From Eledone cirrhosa (taxonomy: Eukaryota): a stretch of 64,000 nt of DNA. The stretch covers positions 49,414,001 through 49,478,000 of the forward strand of contig OZ024744.1 of assembly GCA_964016885.1 (NCBI GenBank), read 5' to 3'. The translations under genes were made by a program, and so were the position numbers. The notes under the pieces were generated by a model that ran no database searches, was not told the origin of the DNA, and saw only the letters and a program-made list of their open reading frames with translations. This document shows, piece by piece, positions 61,111 to 64,000 of the stretch (its first letter is position 1; every line of letters starts with the position of its first letter).

Positions 61111-61739
61111 ATGAGTAAGTCAAGGTCATCAGGCCTGGCTTGTCTGCCAATGGGGCAACTTGTCTTACTTGCTACACTATAGCTGTAGAAATGAGTTGCG
61201 ATGCCACCTGTGTCAAGTTGTGTCAAGCATTGCTTCCCCCTTGGACAACACCGGTGGCATGGAGAGAGGAGACCAGTATGCATAGGCAACTGCTGGTCTT
61301 CTACAAACAATCTTGCCCAGACTTGTGTCTCGGATGGGAACTTTCTATGTGCAAGGGCATCTTTAACCTTTACCCATTATATATATACATATACATATAT
61401 ATAAACCATAACTATATAACAACTACATTATATACTCTGGCTTATAGTTTAGGCCTCCAGGCCTCTATTTTTTCATTACAATTATCTCTTTCCCACATAT
61501 GTATTCCTTTTAATTTATTTGATATATATTCACTTCTTGGTATTGGTTATAATATTCACAGTTGCTGCAAATCTGTGGTCAAAGTGGGGTTGGAAAGAGA
61601 GGGCTGTCACTACTACTATAACAACTACTGACTGCCAGGGAGGAGGGGAAATGGACTACTAGCTGAGTTTATTACTACAATGATGACTTGCTACACTAAA
61701 CATCTGGTGATAGTATCATGAGGCTGGAACTGAGAAGCA

Positions 61740-62510
61740 TTTCCACCATAATTTTTAGGGTCATACATTGGCCGGCCATGGAAGAAAGAACAGCATACGT
61801 TCGTTCAGCTGTCACCCTGTATCACGAAAAAAAAAAATTATTTTTAAGGAAGATTTTGGATTTTTTAAATTTGAGTATTTTTTTGAGGAACTATCAATGT
61901 TTTCAAGTTTTTATAGGTTTTGCTGTCTGAAGAGTTCAGGCTATCATAACTGATAGACCTCAGTAAAAAGTGTCCAAGCATTGCTGACTTCTGTGTTCAT
62001 GTCGAACATCTGTTGTTGCATGTAGAACAAATCCAGTTATCAACCGAGTCCATTGTGAAGGTTGTCCCGCCGCCTCTTTTAGTTACGAAGAGCAGGCTGT
62101 TTTTATCTGTCTTGTGGCCATAGCAAAAGAAGTTGTATGGTGGACATGATGGAAAGGGTTGAAGACAAGCACATTCCTCTTTGGCGAGGCCCTGATTAAC
62201 TTCTTCAGGTTTCACTTGAAGAGGAAAATCAGGGTGGAAAGAGAAGTGCTTCCTTAAAAAGCAATTTGTTGAAAGGTGGGTGAGAGAAGCAAGCATGGCC
62301 CCACTCTGAGTGTGAGCCTGTAGATTGAAAGAGAACAACTGGGACAAGGCATTTACCCTAGAGATCGTTAACATTGTTAACATTCATTTACATGCAAAAC
62401 CCACACACCAACATACACTCTATGTTTCATCCTGTACTGTCATGTTTTTCTTGATGTATACCTTTTGTGGTTAATAAAGAATCCATTATTATTATTATTA
62501 TTATCATTAT
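61740..62510 (+). mobile_element. degenerate Tx1/L1-like LINE 3' end
   Basis: IQLSTESIVKVVPPP and GEALINFFRFHLKRKIRVERE blocks; aataaa followed by (att)n; clade assignment from memory only. Confidence 0.5.
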
Positions 62511-62999
62511 TATTGTTGTTGTGGTTGTTTTTCCTTTTCCTTCAGTATTGTTTCCGTTTATTGCCGAGTGTCTTCCTGACACCTAGGGCAAATAAAGTCA
62601 CTGTAAGCCAGTTAACATATCATATTGATTATATATATATATAGAGAAAGAGAGAGAGACAGAGAGCTATACACATACATATACATACACACACATCCAT
62701 ATATATACACATTCATACACACACATACACATATACAGACAAATATACATATATACACGCACACATATATACAAGTACATACATACATCTCATACATATA
62801 TATATATAGATATACATACACATATGTATACATACATATTAATAAAAGATATCCATGCACACACACACTCATCCACACATACATATAAGGAGGGATATCA
62901 TTCTTACAGAGATAGTGCTCTACTCACACACACATCCTCACAAGGAAGGATATCATTCTCACAGAGATAGTGCTCTTCTCAATACGTGTGCAGTACCAG

Positions 63000-63830
63000 T
63001 CAAAATATGTTTGGCACCTCTTGCAGAGAGGGTAAACCAGGAATCATTCTCAAATATTGTTCTGTTCCTTTCTTGATCATTCCCAGTCCTCCCACAACCA
63101 CTGGTATTGTAATGACCTTGAGGTGCCACATTTTCTCAATTTCAAAAATTATATTTTCTTAGCTTGTCAAATTCTTTTGCCGCGATATTGTGATCACATG
63201 GGATGCTTATATCACTCAGTAAACAGACCTTGCTATGTTGATCTTTTACCATGATATGTGGTCTATTAACTTTTATGGTCCGGTCAGTATGTACAGGAAA
63301 GTCCCAGAGAATTGTTACTTTTTCTCCTTCAGTTACAGCCTCAGGGTGATGATTGTACCACTTGTCAGTAGCTTTGATTTTATAATGCCGACATATTACC
63401 CAGTGTAGATATTGGCCAACTCTGTCATGTCTATATTTGTACTCTACTGGGGCTAAAACTTTACATCCAGAAACTAGGTGGTCCACTGTTTTAACCTCAA
63501 CATTGCAGAATCGGCACTTTGGTTTTACTCCATTTCTCATCACATTAGCCTGGTAATTCCATGTCAGTAAGCTTTGATCTTGGGCAGCTAAGATGAAGCC
63601 TTCGCTCTTTGCTTTTAGCCCTGAGCTATGTAGCCACTGATGGGTGTGCTTTTGGTCAACATCAGCTTGTTTGCTACTGGCCACATATTTGCCATGCAGA
63701 GGTTTCTGTTCCCACTTTGATGCTAATTGCTCGCCCTTTTGCTTTTGCCATTAATTTTATATGCTTAGCAGCATCTGTTGCAACAGTTTCCTTTATCTGT
63801 CCAGCCTGAGTATCCAGCATGAGATCGGTA
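63000..63830 (-). mobile_element. R4/Dong-like non-LTR element 3' fragment
   Basis: EGFILAAQDQSL, KCRFC..DHLVSGC..YKYRHD, ILWDFPVHTD..NRP zinc knuckle and restriction-like endonuclease motifs. Confidence 0.85.
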
Positions 63831-64000
63831 GCATTGACGCCATGCTTTGCAGCATAGAGTTACACCCCTTTCTGTTCTGAGTTCTAATCCCGCTGAGGTT
63901 AATTTTGCCTTTCATCCTTACGGGGCTGATAAAATAAAGTACCAGTAATGCACTGGGATAATTACAGGCCTTGTTTCAAAAGTAGAAACAATTATTATTA

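Overview
This is eukaryotic, gene-free repetitive DNA. The SINE/RTE content and extreme (TA)n load suggest a cephalopod such as Octopus, but that is an inference. Long imperfect (TA)n arrays alternate with dozens of mostly 5'-truncated retroelements: Penelope-like elements (PLEs) of at least three families, RTE, CR1-group, R4/Dong-like and Tx1-like LINEs, and tRNA-headed SINEs. There is also a deleted Helitron and a Tc1/mariner remnant. The highlight is an apparently intact Neptune-type PLE (18471-23720). It has an extra 449-aa coiled-coil/basic ORF1 that overlaps the RT-GIY-YIG frame at a correctly phased U_UUU_UUA heptamer, predicting gag-pol-like -1 ribosomal frameshifting. The second main theme is at least 12 minimal type-I hammerhead ribozyme motifs in at least five sequence families. 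They lie in PLE pseudo-LTRs and in non-coding 420-470 bp retrozyme-like units. All Tyr/Ile-repeat ORFs in the track are microsatellite artefacts. Element boundaries were read by eye and are approximate to a few or tens of bases.
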